From positions 1-24,396 of the forward strand of contig JBEHXF010000028.1 in the NCBI GenBank assembly GCA_048498835.1: DNA of 24,396 bases, written 5' to 3'. The notes beneath the pieces were generated by a model. The model worked only from the letters and a program-made list of their open reading frames with translations, did not search any database and was not told the DNA's origin. Positions within the stretch are counted from its first letter, which is position 1; every line of letters starts with the position of its first letter. The position numbers were made by a program, and so were the translations under genes. Below, piece after piece: positions 1 to 9,300 of this stretch. The DNA is from Chlamydiota bacterium. GTDB lineage: Bacteria; Chlamydiota; Chlamydiia; Chlamydiales; SM23-39.

Positions 1-330
1 AATAACCCAAGTTCGCCTGCCACCGTCGAAGTTGCCTTGACTGCCACAACAACAACCTTAATCTCGTCTAAAAATCCCCAGTGGTTAGGAAGCCCTGTCA
101 CTTTTACTGCAACCGTGACAGCTACCTCAGGCACTCCAACAGGTGGAGTGACTTTTATCATTGATTCCGTCATCGAAAGTTATGTCTCTCTCAATGAATC
201 TGGAGCCGCAGCCTATTCAACATCTCATTTATCCAATGGCAACCACTCCATCGTGGCGAAATACTCTGGCGATAAAGTCAACGTTCGGTCCACCTCTCCA
301 GAACTCATTCAAGTCATCGGCCGTAACTGA
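1..330 (+). CDS. C-terminal part of a bacterial Ig-like domain (group 3 / Big_3-type) protein, probably surface-exposed or secreted; 5'-truncated by the window edge
   Basis: Frame is open from base 1 (NNPSSPATVEVALTATTTTL...) to TGA at 328-330. The pattern TTTTLxSSxNP..GxPVTFTATVT...GTPTGxVTF...GxAxY.TS.L..GxHSIVAxYSGD is typical of Ig-like group 3 repeats. Confidence 0.8.
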   Translation, partial: NNPSSPATVEVALTATTTTLISSKNPQWLGSPVTFTATVTATSGTPTGGVTFIIDSVIESYVSLNESGAAAYSTSHLSNGNHSIVAKYSGDKVNVRSTSPELIQVIGRN

Positions 331-355
331 GCTATCTGTCGGTTTCACAATAAGA

Positions 356-886
356 CTAAACATGGTTACAGAAATTCAAGCGATCGGCCGCAACCTGGTT
401 TGTTTTCTGTGCCGTCTCTAATGCTTTTTCTACCGAATCTAAAGTGTCTGTTTTTCCCCAGAAAGGGCCTAATTGACCGCCGAACAAATTGAACGGATTG
501 TTTGTACTTATATTCAACGCTTCTCGCATTGAGATTTGAGAATAATACCCCTGTCCTTGTCCCATAACATTGAAATCATTTTCCTCTCTGCTTTCGGATC
601 CATTTTCCCACACAGAGGGCTTTGCATTAAGGAGGGCATTCACGTCTGAGAGTTCGACATCTCTAATCTCTTGCTCATCAAACTTAGGCGCAGAGTGATT
701 ACGAAAAATAGGGGGCATCTGGTCACCCGGTTTATAACCACATTTCACTTCTATCAATCCTCGTTAACGACCAAGAGCCGAATTAATTTCACGCCCTTTC
801 GCAGAATGACTTAAATGTTTAGTTGAATGCTTTACAATCTGATCAACCGTGTTGAAATTATTCCATATCATTACCGAATTAGTCAT
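356..886 (-). pseudogene. Hypothetical protein, probably starting at ATG 886 and interrupted by one in-frame TAA (764-766); alternatively a 133-aa ORF from TTG 757
   Basis: Minus strand from 886 reads MTNSVMIWNNFNTVDQIVKHSTKHLSHSAKGREINSALGR*RGLIEVKCGYKPGDQ..., in frame with ORF 356..757 (886-757=129 nt, 43 codons). No family recognised. Confidence 0.45.
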
Positions 887-924
887 ATCTAAAGCCTAAA
901 ATTAAAATGTGTGTAGGAGGAAGG

Positions 925-933
925 ATTATAACA
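925..933 (-). promoter_or_regulatory. Candidate extended -10 promoter (TGnTATAAT) for the gene starting at 886
   Basis: Minus strand reads TGTTATAAT, 38 nt upstream of ATG 886. It overlaps the U-tract of the rpoD terminator. No consensus -35. Confidence 0.4.
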
Positions 934-955
934 AAGCCGCTTGTAAAGCGGCTTT
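926..955 (-). terminator. Intrinsic terminator of rpoD
   Basis: Inverted repeat AAAGCCGCTT (933-942) / AAGCGGCTTT (946-955), 7 nt after the rpoD stop. On the minus strand the GC stem is followed by TTTGTTAT. Confidence 0.75.
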
Positions 956-958
956 ACA
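942..958. repeat. 17-bp palindrome copy 1: TGTAAAGC-G-GCTTTACA
   Basis: Perfect 8-1-8 palindrome; same arms at 12354-12370 and a 1-mismatch copy at 20436-20452. Confidence 0.85.
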
Positions 959-962
959 GACC

Positions 963-2621
963 TTATTCGCCTTCGAGAAGATCGAGGAAGGCTTGGAGTT
1001 GTTTTGCGCGAGTTGGGTGGCGCATTTTGCGGAGAGCTTTCGCCTCAATCTGACGAACGCGCTCACGAGTAACTTTAAACCGAACACCCACTTCTTCCAG
1101 TGTCTTTGGCTTCCCATCCAACAGACCAAATCGCTCGATGAGAACGGTTCTTTCGCGGTCCGTCAGAGTTGCCAATACTTCGTTCATCTTATCTTTCAAG
1201 ATGGCGTAACCGGTCGCTTCTGCAGGAGACTCAATCGCTGTGTCTTCTAGGAAGTCGCCAAATTGGCTCTCGCCCCCGTCGCCCACTTCAGCTTGGAGCG
1301 AAATTGGATGCTGCGCAATTTTGTAGATTTCGCGAACGCGCTCAGGAGTGAGTCCCAGCTCATTGGCCAATTCCTCTGGAGTTGGCTCACGACCGGTTTC
1401 CATCATGAGTTTTTTCGCACCGCGCAACACTTTATTGATCGTTTCGATCATGTGAACAGGAATACGGATCGTGCGTGCCTGGTCTGCAATCGCTCGAGTA
1501 ACCGCTTGGCGAATCCACCATGTCGCATAGGTAGAGAATTTGTAACCTCGGCGGTATTCGAACTTCTCAACCGCCTTCATCAATCCCATGTTTCCTTCTT
1601 GGATCAAATCGAGGAAAGAGAGGCCGCGGTTCGTGTATTTTTTTGCGATCGAAATGACGAGACGAAGGTTCGATTCGACCATTTCTCGCTTCGCTTCTTG
1701 ACTCTTATCCATCCAGCGCTGGAGCATCCGGACGTCTTTTTTAAACTCTTCTAAATTGCGGCCTGCCGCGAGTTCACGCTTGTAGAGTTTTCGTTTTGCA
1801 GCGGAGAGCTTGGCAGCGGCAAATTTATTTTTCTCTGCTCGCGGCGTCAGTTCCTGCACCTCTTTTTCAAGAGTCAAGAAACGATCGTATCCTGCGAGAA
1901 TCATTTCGCCAAAATCTTCAATGATGTTGTGGCGGCAGCAAAACCTGCGCAAATAAGCTTGAGATCGGATGCGAGATTTCTCGATATTCTCGAGTAATTC
2001 TGCGCGAGCCTCTTTCTTGAGGTTTGGATCCCTGGTCTGAACCAGCAACTCCTCGAGAAGTTGATCTTCTTTTTTCATCAAATCGCAAAGCTTCGGAAGG
2101 AGCGACAAAAATTGCGCCTTATCGAGAACTTCTTTTTCAGCGATGATTTTATCAAATCGCTCTTTGCCAGTGATGAGATAGTGAGCAATGGAGATCGCCT
2201 CCCGCGTAGAGTAGCGGAAGCGCATGATGATTTTTTCAATTTGAATTTGGGCTTTCTCGATTCGCTTCGAGATTTCTACCTCTTCCTCACGAGTGAGGAG
2301 GGGAACGGAACCCATCTCTTTGAGGTACATCCGAACAGGGTCATCAGAGGTCCCTTCGGTCCTCTTGGGTAACCCTTCGAGTTCTTTAGCCTCTTTTTTG
2401 CGCTCTTTTTGCCGCTCGACCTCAGCTTGGTTCAAGACTTGGATATCCATCCCACTCAGGTAGATCAACACCTGGTCGATCTGTTCAGCCGAGTCGAATG
2501 TCATAGGAAGAATTTCGTTGATTTCCTCATACGTGAGGAAACCTTGCTCCTTGGCAATAGCCACGAGTTCTTCGATTTTTTGCTGATGCTGGGGATTGCT
2601 AAAAGATGTCGTACCGCTCAT
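963..2621 (-). CDS. rpoD: RNA polymerase major sigma factor (sigma66 / RpoD)
   Basis: Region 1.1 ([13 protein letters not shown]), 1.2 ([12 protein letters not shown]), 2 ([56 protein letters not shown]), 3 and 4 ([30 protein letters not shown]). SD AGGAG upstream. Confidence 0.99.
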   Translation of the reverse strand: MSGTTSFSNPQHQQKIEELVAIAKEQGFLTYEEINEILPMTFDSAEQIDQVLIYLSGMDIQVLNQAEVERQKERKKEAKELEGLPKRTEGTSDDPVRMYLKEMGSVPLLTREEEVEISKRIEKAQIQIEKIIMRFRYSTREAISIAHYLITGKERFDKIIAEKEVLDKAQFLSLLPKLCDLMKKEDQLLEELLVQTRDPNLKKEARAELLENIEKSRIRSQAYLRRFCCRHNIIEDFGEMILAGYDRFLTLEKEVQELTPRAEKNKFAAAKLSAAKRKLYKRELAAGRNLEEFKKDVRMLQRWMDKSQEAKREMVESNLRLVISIAKKYTNRGLSFLDLIQEGNMGLMKAVEKFEYRRGYKFSTYATWWIRQAVTRAIADQARTIRIPVHMIETINKVLRGAKKLMMETGREPTPEELANELGLTPERVREIYKIAQHPISLQAEVGDGGESQFGDFLEDTAIESPAEATGYAILKDKMNEVLATLTDRERTVLIERFGLLDGKPKTLEEVGVRFKVTRERVRQIEAKALRKMRHPTRAKQLQAFLDLLEGE

Positions 2622-2675
2622 GATCTCCTAAAGTGCCGAAATGGAAACATACCGATTGGAATGAGAAACGAAAAT

Positions 2676-2705
2676 ATTCTGGACAGACGCCCCCCTTTCT
2701 GTCAA
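2676..2705 (-). promoter_or_regulatory. Candidate sigma66 promoter for rpoD
   Basis: Minus strand has a perfect TTGACA (2700-2705), an 18-nt spacer and CAGAAT (2676-2681). A plus-strand TATAAT at 2711-2716 may serve the divergent CoiA-like gene. Confidence 0.45.
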
Positions 2706-2739
2706 CATCATATAATCTCTGACATTAAAAGCAAGCAAC

Positions 2740-3606
2740 ATGGCTCTCTACGCTTATGACGAAGATCGGCTCGTCTATGCAGGAGACGCCGAAGAAAGAA
2801 AAACTTACCAGTGCAGCGAATGTCGTCAGTCGGTCCGCGCAAGACGGGGCCCGCACCGAGTTCCCCACTATTATCACCGCCGGCGCTCCCCATCTTGCCG
2901 CCTCTATAGCAAAAGCGAAGACCACCTCTTAGCTCAGCTCGCAATCCGCTCTCTTCTCCCACCCGGGGAGGCCATCATAGAAAAACCAATCTTGAGCATT
3001 CTGCGAGTCGCTGACGTTCTCTGGGAAACTCATCAAATCGCGTTTGAAATTCAATGCTCACTCTTAACCCCTTATGAAGTGCAAAAAAGGGAAACCGATT
3101 ACCAAAACGCCGGCTACCAGATTGTCTGGATTCTTGATGATCGCCTCTACAATAAAAGACATTTACGGCCAGCTGAAGCTCTCGTCCGAAAATCGACCTG
3201 CTATTACGCCTCGATTCGTAAGCAAAGCACCCCAATTTTCTACGATCAATTTGAAATATTTTTTAAGCACTTTCGCATTAAAAAAGGGCGGCGACTCAAA
3301 ATAGATCTACAATATCCCGCTCCAACTCCTCGACGCGACTGGAACGCGGAGGATTTCCCAAAACAACTCATTCAAAAAACAGCGCCCCTCTACTTTCGAG
3401 GCGATCTTATCCACCAAGCGCTCCTGGCTGAATCCATCCCAGCTCTCTCTTTCACCATGCAGAATTTATGCGCTTTAGAAAAATTCTTCACCGAGCATGC
3501 AACAGAAGAAATTCATCCATTCAAGCGCTTGATCCGCACCTGGATCTTAGAGCCCTTTGGGCTCTTGATGCTCAATTTGCTAGAATGGGTGGAAAAGAAG
3601 AACTAG
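2740..3606 (+). CDS. CoiA-family protein (Zn-ribbon plus PD-(D/E)XK-type nuclease domain)
   Basis: N-terminal CSEC...PHYYH...C...SEDH metal-binding pattern, followed by RVADVLW...IAFEIQCS...Y...GYQIVWIL, matching CoiA-like family motifs. Confidence 0.82.
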   Translation: MALYAYDEDRLVYAGDAEERKTYQCSECRQSVRARRGPHRVPHYYHRRRSPSCRLYSKSEDHLLAQLAIRSLLPPGEAIIEKPILSILRVADVLWETHQIAFEIQCSLLTPYEVQKRETDYQNAGYQIVWILDDRLYNKRHLRPAEALVRKSTCYYASIRKQSTPIFYDQFEIFFKHFRIKKGRRLKIDLQYPAPTPRRDWNAEDFPKQLIQKTAPLYFRGDLIHQALLAESIPALSFTMQNLCALEKFFTEHATEEIHPFKRLIRTWILEPFGLLMLNLLEWVEKKN

Positions 3607-3989
3607 AAGCCAAAATAGAGGGCTGGGTGAACAAAAGCCGCCAGCAACAATCTAGCTAAACAGCTTACGACCGCAATCGGCCATAGAACCCAGTCAGCCA
3701 AATCGGCCGCAAAAATCGCCACGCGTCGAACAAAAAACTCTCGCACAGTCATGGAACTGCATAAAGTGACGAGAAGGAATAAAGCACTAAACGTGAGGCC
3801 CAATAGTCGGAAATAGGTACGACATAGCTTAAAAAGAAAAGCAAAAGGGACAATCGCGAGCTTTTCAAAGAAATTGAGAAGCGATAATCCACGTCCTCTC
3901 ATTGAGTCAAAAGCTGCAATGCCCGGCTCAACTAAAGGTTCAGAACAAAGAAAAAAACCGTCAGAAACTGAATAACGACTTAAATCCAT
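3603..3989 (-). CDS. Hypothetical membrane protein (128 aa)
   Basis: ATG start and 2-3 hydrophobic segments; fills the gap between genes. Its TAG stop overlaps the CoiA-like TAG (CTAG, 3603-3606). Confidence 0.65.
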   Translation of the reverse strand: MDLSRYSVSDGFFLCSEPLVEPGIAAFDSMRGRGLSLLNFFEKLAIVPFAFLFKLCRTYFRLLGLTFSALFLLVTLCSSMTVREFFVRRVAIFAADLADWVLWPIAVVSCLARLLLAAFVHPALYFGF

Positions 3990-4025
3990 ATTATTCTCAA
4001 ATTTCTTTCTAACTATTATAATATT

Positions 4026-4466
4026 TTAAGAACTAATAATCGATGTTAATTTCTTTCTTAACATATAGAAATAAATTAAAACACAGAAACAAAGCCCCGA
4101 ACGAACCAAATATCCCATCGGGAATCTTTTTTCTAAGGAAGATTGAACGGGATTTTCGGGATTGTAATGAGCAACCCACCCGTTTAAAGATTTTTCTTTA
4201 ATTTCAGATAAAGCTCCCGCTTCGCTCATCCAAGCGTCTTGAAGGGTTGTTTTCCCTCTAAAGATCTGATCCTGAAACGTATATTCATAAACCGCTGTCG
4301 CTCCATAGCGAGATCCTTTCTCCCCAATCTCCCACCGGGTGACTTTGGCTGGACTTTGCTCTGTTAACGAAAAATAAATTGAAAGATCCCACCCTAAGCG
4401 CAAGATAAAGTAACTCCCTATGAGAATAGTGAGAAGAAAGAGGGTCTGATAGAGGCGAAGGTGCAT
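4026..4466 (-). CDS. Two-TM membrane protein, DUF3592-like architecture (146 aa)
   Basis: Start re-called to ATG 4466 (MHLRLYQTL...) because the longer ORF overlaps rpsT and a promoter lies just upstream. Layout TM - beta-rich domain (YEYTFQDQIFRG...HYNPENPVQSSLE) - TM resembles DUF3592. Confidence 0.65.
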   Translation of the reverse strand: MHLRLYQTLFLLTILIGSYFILRLGWDLSIYFSLTEQSPAKVTRWEIGEKGSRYGATAVYEYTFQDQIFRGKTTLQDAWMSEAGALSEIKEKSLNGWVAHYNPENPVQSSLEKRFPMGYLVRSGLCFCVLIYFYMLRKKLTSIISS

Positions 4467-4473
4467 AGAACTC

Positions 4474-4502
4474 TTGTCGAATTTGCCGAATGCGATTATA
4501 GT
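4474..4502 (+). promoter_or_regulatory. sigma66-type promoter for rpsT
   Basis: TTGTCG (4474-4479) - 17 nt - TATAGT (4497-4502); SD GAGGA at 4531-4535. Confidence 0.55.
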
Positions 4503-4523
4503 GTTACCATTTGAAAATGGCAA
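4495..4523 (-). promoter_or_regulatory. sigma66-type promoter for the divergent membrane-protein genes
   Basis: Minus strand TTGCCA (4518-4523) - 17 nt - TATAAT (4495-4500). Confidence 0.6.
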
Positions 4524-4538
4524 ATTACTAGAGGATCT

Positions 4539-4838
4539 ATGGCCGAAGCTAAAGCTGGCGACAAGAAAACCGAAGCAAAACAAAAGCGCCCTTCAGCGTT
4601 GAAGCGCGACCTACAGAACGAAAAACGAAGATTGGCAAACCGCTCTTACCGAGCGAAAGTTCTGACCGCTATCCGCGGCTTTGAGCAAGCGATTGCCCAA
4701 AAAGAAGAAGCAGAAGCAGTTAAATCCAAGCTCAACACAATTTTTAGCTTGATGGATAAAGGCGTTAAAAAGGGGATCTACAAAACCTCTAAAGCCGCTC
4801 GCACAAAGTCCCGCCTTACTGCGCGAACAGCGAAATAA
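4539..4838 (+). CDS. rpsT: 30S ribosomal protein S20
   Basis: KRPSALKRDLQNEKRRLANRSYRAKVLTAIR...MDKGVKKGIYKTSKAARTKSRL; basic, 99 aa, with an N-terminal extension of the kind seen in chlamydial S20. Confidence 0.97.
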   Translation: MAEAKAGDKKTEAKQKRPSALKRDLQNEKRRLANRSYRAKVLTAIRGFEQAIAQKEEAEAVKSKLNTIFSLMDKGVKKGIYKTSKAARTKSRLTARTAK

Positions 4839-4843
4839 GCTTT

Positions 4844-6349
4844 TTATCCCATCCTCTCCGCAAGTCCAGACCTCTTTTTAGAAGGTGCTGAAAGAGCTGC
4901 GGAGAGGGTCTTCTGATCCATGACCAATGTTGCTTTCTTTTTAGCTCGAGTAACTGCTGTATAAAGTGCTTCTCGACCAAACCGCTCGCTCCCCGGCGGA
5001 AATAAAGCTAATACTTCCTCAAACTCGCTCCCTTGGCTTTTATGGACCGACAAACAAAATCCCACTTCATGTGCAGGAAGAGCCCCTTCCGGTAACGATC
5101 TCACTTTTTCTCCATCAGCAAAATAGGCTATCCCTTCGCGCGCTCCTGCTGTTCGAATCACTACACCCACAGTTCCATTGTAGAGTTGCTGCCTGAGGTC
5201 GTTTCTTCCTATCAAAATCGGCAGCGCCATCCATCCTCGATAGGGAGTAAAACGATCTTCAATCAGTCGATTCAATTCATCAATTCCAAGCGGACCTTGT
5301 CTCAACCCGCATAACACACGAAATTTTTTTAATTCATCTAAACATTGCTTTGGATCTGGCTCCTGAGCATGTACTGGCGAGGGAATCCAGCCGCACAACC
5401 ACTCCACCAGTTCATTTCGTTTCCCCAGTGAAAAATCTTTTTCTAGACACGGGATCTGCGTATCACCCCGATTGATCGCTTGGGCTAATTCATACAAATG
5501 GCCCTCTCCCATCCGAAGAGAACGGGAAAGTTTAGAGCCAAAAAGCTGCGCAAGTTCCGTAAATAAGCTACCCGCTTCAACCGGGGGAAGCTGATCGGGA
5601 TCGCCCAATAGAAGGAGTTTCGTCTTTGGTCCAATCCCAGATAACAGATGCAAAAGAAGGGAGACATCTAACATAGAAGCCTCATCGACTACAACAAGAT
5701 GCGCATCGATTGTCTCCTCGGCGAAAAAGCGCTGTTTCCCAGGAACTAATCGCAGCAATCGATGAAGAGTCATGGATTCCAACTGCAAAAATGGAGGTTT
5801 TTCTCCCTGTGAGAGCAAGGTTGACTCCAAATGGGCCGCAGCCTTTCCTGTGGGGGCTGCAATCACTACTTTAAAATTTCCCTTCGCCGCTTTGGCACAA
5901 ACGCGAATCAAACAACCGGCGGTATACGACTTACCCGTTCCTGGCCCACCCGTAAAAATCGATAAAGACTGCTGAAATGCCGAAATGATCGCCGCTCTTT
6001 GCTCGGGTTGGAGTCGTTCATTTTCTAACTCGACTTTAAAAATGTTTTCATCAAATAAGGTCGGAGCCGCCCTCGAACGAATTTCCTGAATTTTCTCGGC
6101 GATCGCTTTTTCTAAAGACCAGTTGCGGTGTAAGTAGAGCCGATTACCCTCGACAACAAGTGGCGTCTTTAAGCTCCCATCGCTCCATATTTCTCGCGGC
6201 AATAGATCCAGTTTTTCTATCGGCAGACACAAATGCCCTTCCCTTGCGCTTTCAAAGAGACGGATCAGTAAAGCCATCCCTTCTTCCGAAACAGTCAGAT
6301 TCATCCGCTCTAAAAGCCGCACTGCAATCCAACGTTCTAACTCAGCCAT
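4844..6349 (-). CDS. recD: RecBCD subunit RecD (exonuclease V alpha), SF1B helicase
   Basis: GGPGTGKS, APTGKAAAHL, TLHRLL, VVVDEASM, LGDPDQLPPV, SVHKSQGSEF, LYTAVTRAK; overlaps recB by 8 nt. Confidence 0.95.
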   Translation of the reverse strand: MAELERWIAVRLLERMNLTVSEEGMALLIRLFESAREGHLCLPIEKLDLLPREIWSDGSLKTPLVVEGNRLYLHRNWSLEKAIAEKIQEIRSRAAPTLFDENIFKVELENERLQPEQRAAIISAFQQSLSIFTGGPGTGKSYTAGCLIRVCAKAAKGNFKVVIAAPTGKAAAHLESTLLSQGEKPPFLQLESMTLHRLLRLVPGKQRFFAEETIDAHLVVVDEASMLDVSLLLHLLSGIGPKTKLLLLGDPDQLPPVEAGSLFTELAQLFGSKLSRSLRMGEGHLYELAQAINRGDTQIPCLEKDFSLGKRNELVEWLCGWIPSPVHAQEPDPKQCLDELKKFRVLCGLRQGPLGIDELNRLIEDRFTPYRGWMALPILIGRNDLRQQLYNGTVGVVIRTAGAREGIAYFADGEKVRSLPEGALPAHEVGFCLSVHKSQGSEFEEVLALFPPGSERFGREALYTAVTRAKKKATLVMDQKTLSAALSAPSKKRSGLAERMG

Positions 6350-9300
6350 CGTTTCCCCTTAAACACACAGCTCGCGGCCCACGTACATAAAGATAGAACG
6401 CTCCACCAAAATTCGCATTCGCCCGGCGGAGCGCCTCTGCATATAATTTTGCCTGTAAATCATACTGATGTAACCCAATGGAGGCCATCAAACGCTCTTC
6501 GGTATAAGCAGAAGAGCTCTCGCCCAACCAATTTGTTTTCCAATCGACTAAGTAAATTTTTCCCCGATGTTCAAAAACCAAATCGATAAAACCTTTGATG
6601 CAATCCTTTCCTGTTGAAAAGAGAAACTCGGTCTCAACCAAAACTTTTTTCGGATCGATGTCTACTAGACGCAAACCCTCAAGCAAATCGAGAGCTAAAG
6701 TCTCTTTTACTAACTTTAAAATTGCTTCTTTCCACGGCTCTAAAATCGTTCCAGCAACCGTCTCTTCCACGATTCTCTCATGAGACACTTTTACCTTCCC
6801 AAAGAGCCGTTCAAAAATTGCATGGATAGCCACACCTGTCTCAGCTCCTCGGGGCATATTATGAGCCGTAAACAATCCATTTGGCGCTGGCAACGGATCG
6901 AGAATTTCTTGCACAGCTTCTTTAGCCAAGCTCGTAAAGGAAAGAAGATAAGAGGGGGGATAGCTAGGCAATGGCAAGGGAGGCGTTAAGAGAGGGGGCT
7001 TGGCGGCATCTTGATAGACTGCCGCAGGCATTGCAGACACTGTTTCAATCGTCAAACTCTCTTCTTCTGCCAACCGCTCTAACTCTTCCCTCCACTTCCC
7101 ATCCGCTGAGAGCGTTTGGCAAAAGAGTTCAATCGGAGACAAAGTGCCCGCAGAGGCCTGTTTACGATAGTCTGGAATAGGGATGTAAAGCCGACTCTTT
7201 GCACGGGTCATAGCGACATAGAGCTGTCTTAACTTCTCTGCATCTACCTCTTCATCCGATGCAGGAGTTCTCGATCCAAGACCCAAAGCAAAAACAATCT
7301 CAAATTCAAGACCCTTGCTCACATGCATCGTCATAATCTGGACAGCATCGGCATCGGAATCTCGCCGACGAACGAGCGCCTCATCAGGATCCATCTGTTG
7401 CATGGTTTCAAAAAAGCGGAGAGCTCCGGCCAAAGAAAACCCTTCCAGTCGCTCCCATTCGAACAATGCCTCCAATACTTGATGGCATTCAGAATAAAAA
7501 GCTGGCCCAAAAGAGGCGATCTGCTCTTGTACGGTCTTCGTTCCTAGCTTCGTTTTCCAAAAGAGGTGAAAAAAAGAAGCGAGCCCCAATTCATCGAGCT
7601 GCTGACGCAAGAAAACCATCGGCGAAGAATCGATCAGCTTCAACTCTTCTGCTGGTAATCCTCCAAAAGGCCCCCCAAAAACGGCTTTGGCCTTTCCGAG
7701 CTCTTTAGGTTCTGAAAGTGACTCCAATAACTCCCAAACAGCCTCAAAAGCAAGAGAGTCAGAAAGCAGCTCTTGACTTTTTGCCACATTTGGAATGCCC
7801 GCAACGGTCAATTCTTTCTGCACTTCAGCTGCCGAATTGCGGTCTTTCACCAAAATAGCAAACCCACTGAGCGTACCTACCAAATCCTTCAATCGAACAA
7901 TTTCAGATGCGATGTAGCGATGTGCTAGCTGAGGATCATCTCCGATGTATTGAAAGCAATGCACGGCTCCCTTGCCATCCGCTAAATCCAACCGTTTATC
8001 AAGACCCGCACGCACAGGTAAATAGGGGAGATTTCTCTGCTGTTTTGGCAATTTGAGCCACTCGCGATCGAATAACTGATTCAAAGCTCCTATCAACTGC
8101 TTAGACGAACGGAAATTTGTATCGAGATGATAATGATGAGCGGAATCAATCGACTCTTTGGCCTGTAAATAGGTGTAGAGATCGGCACTTCGAAAACGAT
8201 AAATGGATTGTTTCGGATCTCCTACAAGATAGAGCGATTCCGTGTGTCCTAAAAAAAGCGATTGGAAAATTTCCCATTGCTGCGGATCAGTATCTTGGAA
8301 TTCATCGATCAGAGCCGCTCGATACTTTTTTTGTACATTTTGTTTAAATCCAGGAGAATCAATCGCTTTTCTCATCACGCGCAAAATATCATCTGGACCA
8401 AAGCTTTCTTCTTTCGTCGATACCTTTTCAGCAATAGGCCGCCATAAAGCATGCAGCGTCTGAAGGATCTGCTTAGGATCTGCTGCCTCTGTCACAATCG
8501 GATACAGAGTACGGCATGCCCACTCAAAAAATTCAGTAGCAAATTCCTTCGCTTTTACTTTCCGATTTTCAGGAGCTAGAAATTCAAAGAGCGACCCTTT
8601 TTCTGCAATCAACTTTCGAAAAGCAGTCGCAGGATCAACAAAAGCTAATGCCAGGGCTTGCACCTGCTCATCAAATCGCCCTTTTTCACTTTTATAAGAA
8701 CCCCTAAAATGCGCAAACTGCTCTTGCAAAACAACCAGCTCTACTTTTTCACGCGTTTGCAAAGCCCGTTTAAAATGCTCCAACCGCTCAGCAAATGTTT
8801 TTGAAGGTTCAATCGGAGCCCCTTTCTTAATCTTCCGGATTAAAGATTCAGCCGATAGTTTTTTCACAATTCCCAACTGCTCTGGGCACACTTCTGACAT
8901 CTGCAATTTTGATTCAAAAAAATCAGAAAGCGCAGCATCCAAAGATGAGGAGCCTTGGTCTTTGATTGTGAATCCAAGCCCCGCTTCAAACGCATGTTCT
9001 TGTAAAGTTCGATAACAAAAGCCGTGAATGGTGAAAATTTGCGCTTGATCGAAGATCGCCAATGCATCGCCGATTCGGTGTAATGCCTTTTCTGAGCCAA
9101 GAAAAGGTTCGAGATAACTCCACACGGCCTCTTCTTTCAACAAAGCCTTCTGAATTCGCTCTAAATTAGATCGAATCCGCAATTTTAATTCCCGGGTCGC
9201 AGCGCGTGTGAAGGTTACGACGAGAATCTGTTCCAAAGAAAAAACTGGGTCTTCACTTAAGATCAACCGAGCGACAATATGTTCGATGGCAAAGGTTTTT

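Noticed and set aside
250..420. Diversity-generating retroelement (VR/TR pair) at the end of the Ig-like gene
   Set aside because: The repeat is only 21 bp, the mismatches are not adenine-specific on the coding strand, and there is no reverse transcriptase in the window.
2680..2705. Inverted repeat GACAGA-N10-TCTGTC over the rpoD promoter
   Set aside because: Short arms and a single occurrence; cannot be separated from chance.
909..2759. Plus-strand ORFs opposite rpoD (909-1250, 1169-1351, 1263-1754, 2061-2372, 2409-2759)
   Set aside because: Antisense shadows of a highly conserved gene, with no recognisable motifs.
4467..4583. N-terminal extension of the 4026..4583 ORF
   Set aside because: It overlaps rpsT and both promoters; ATG 4466 fits better.
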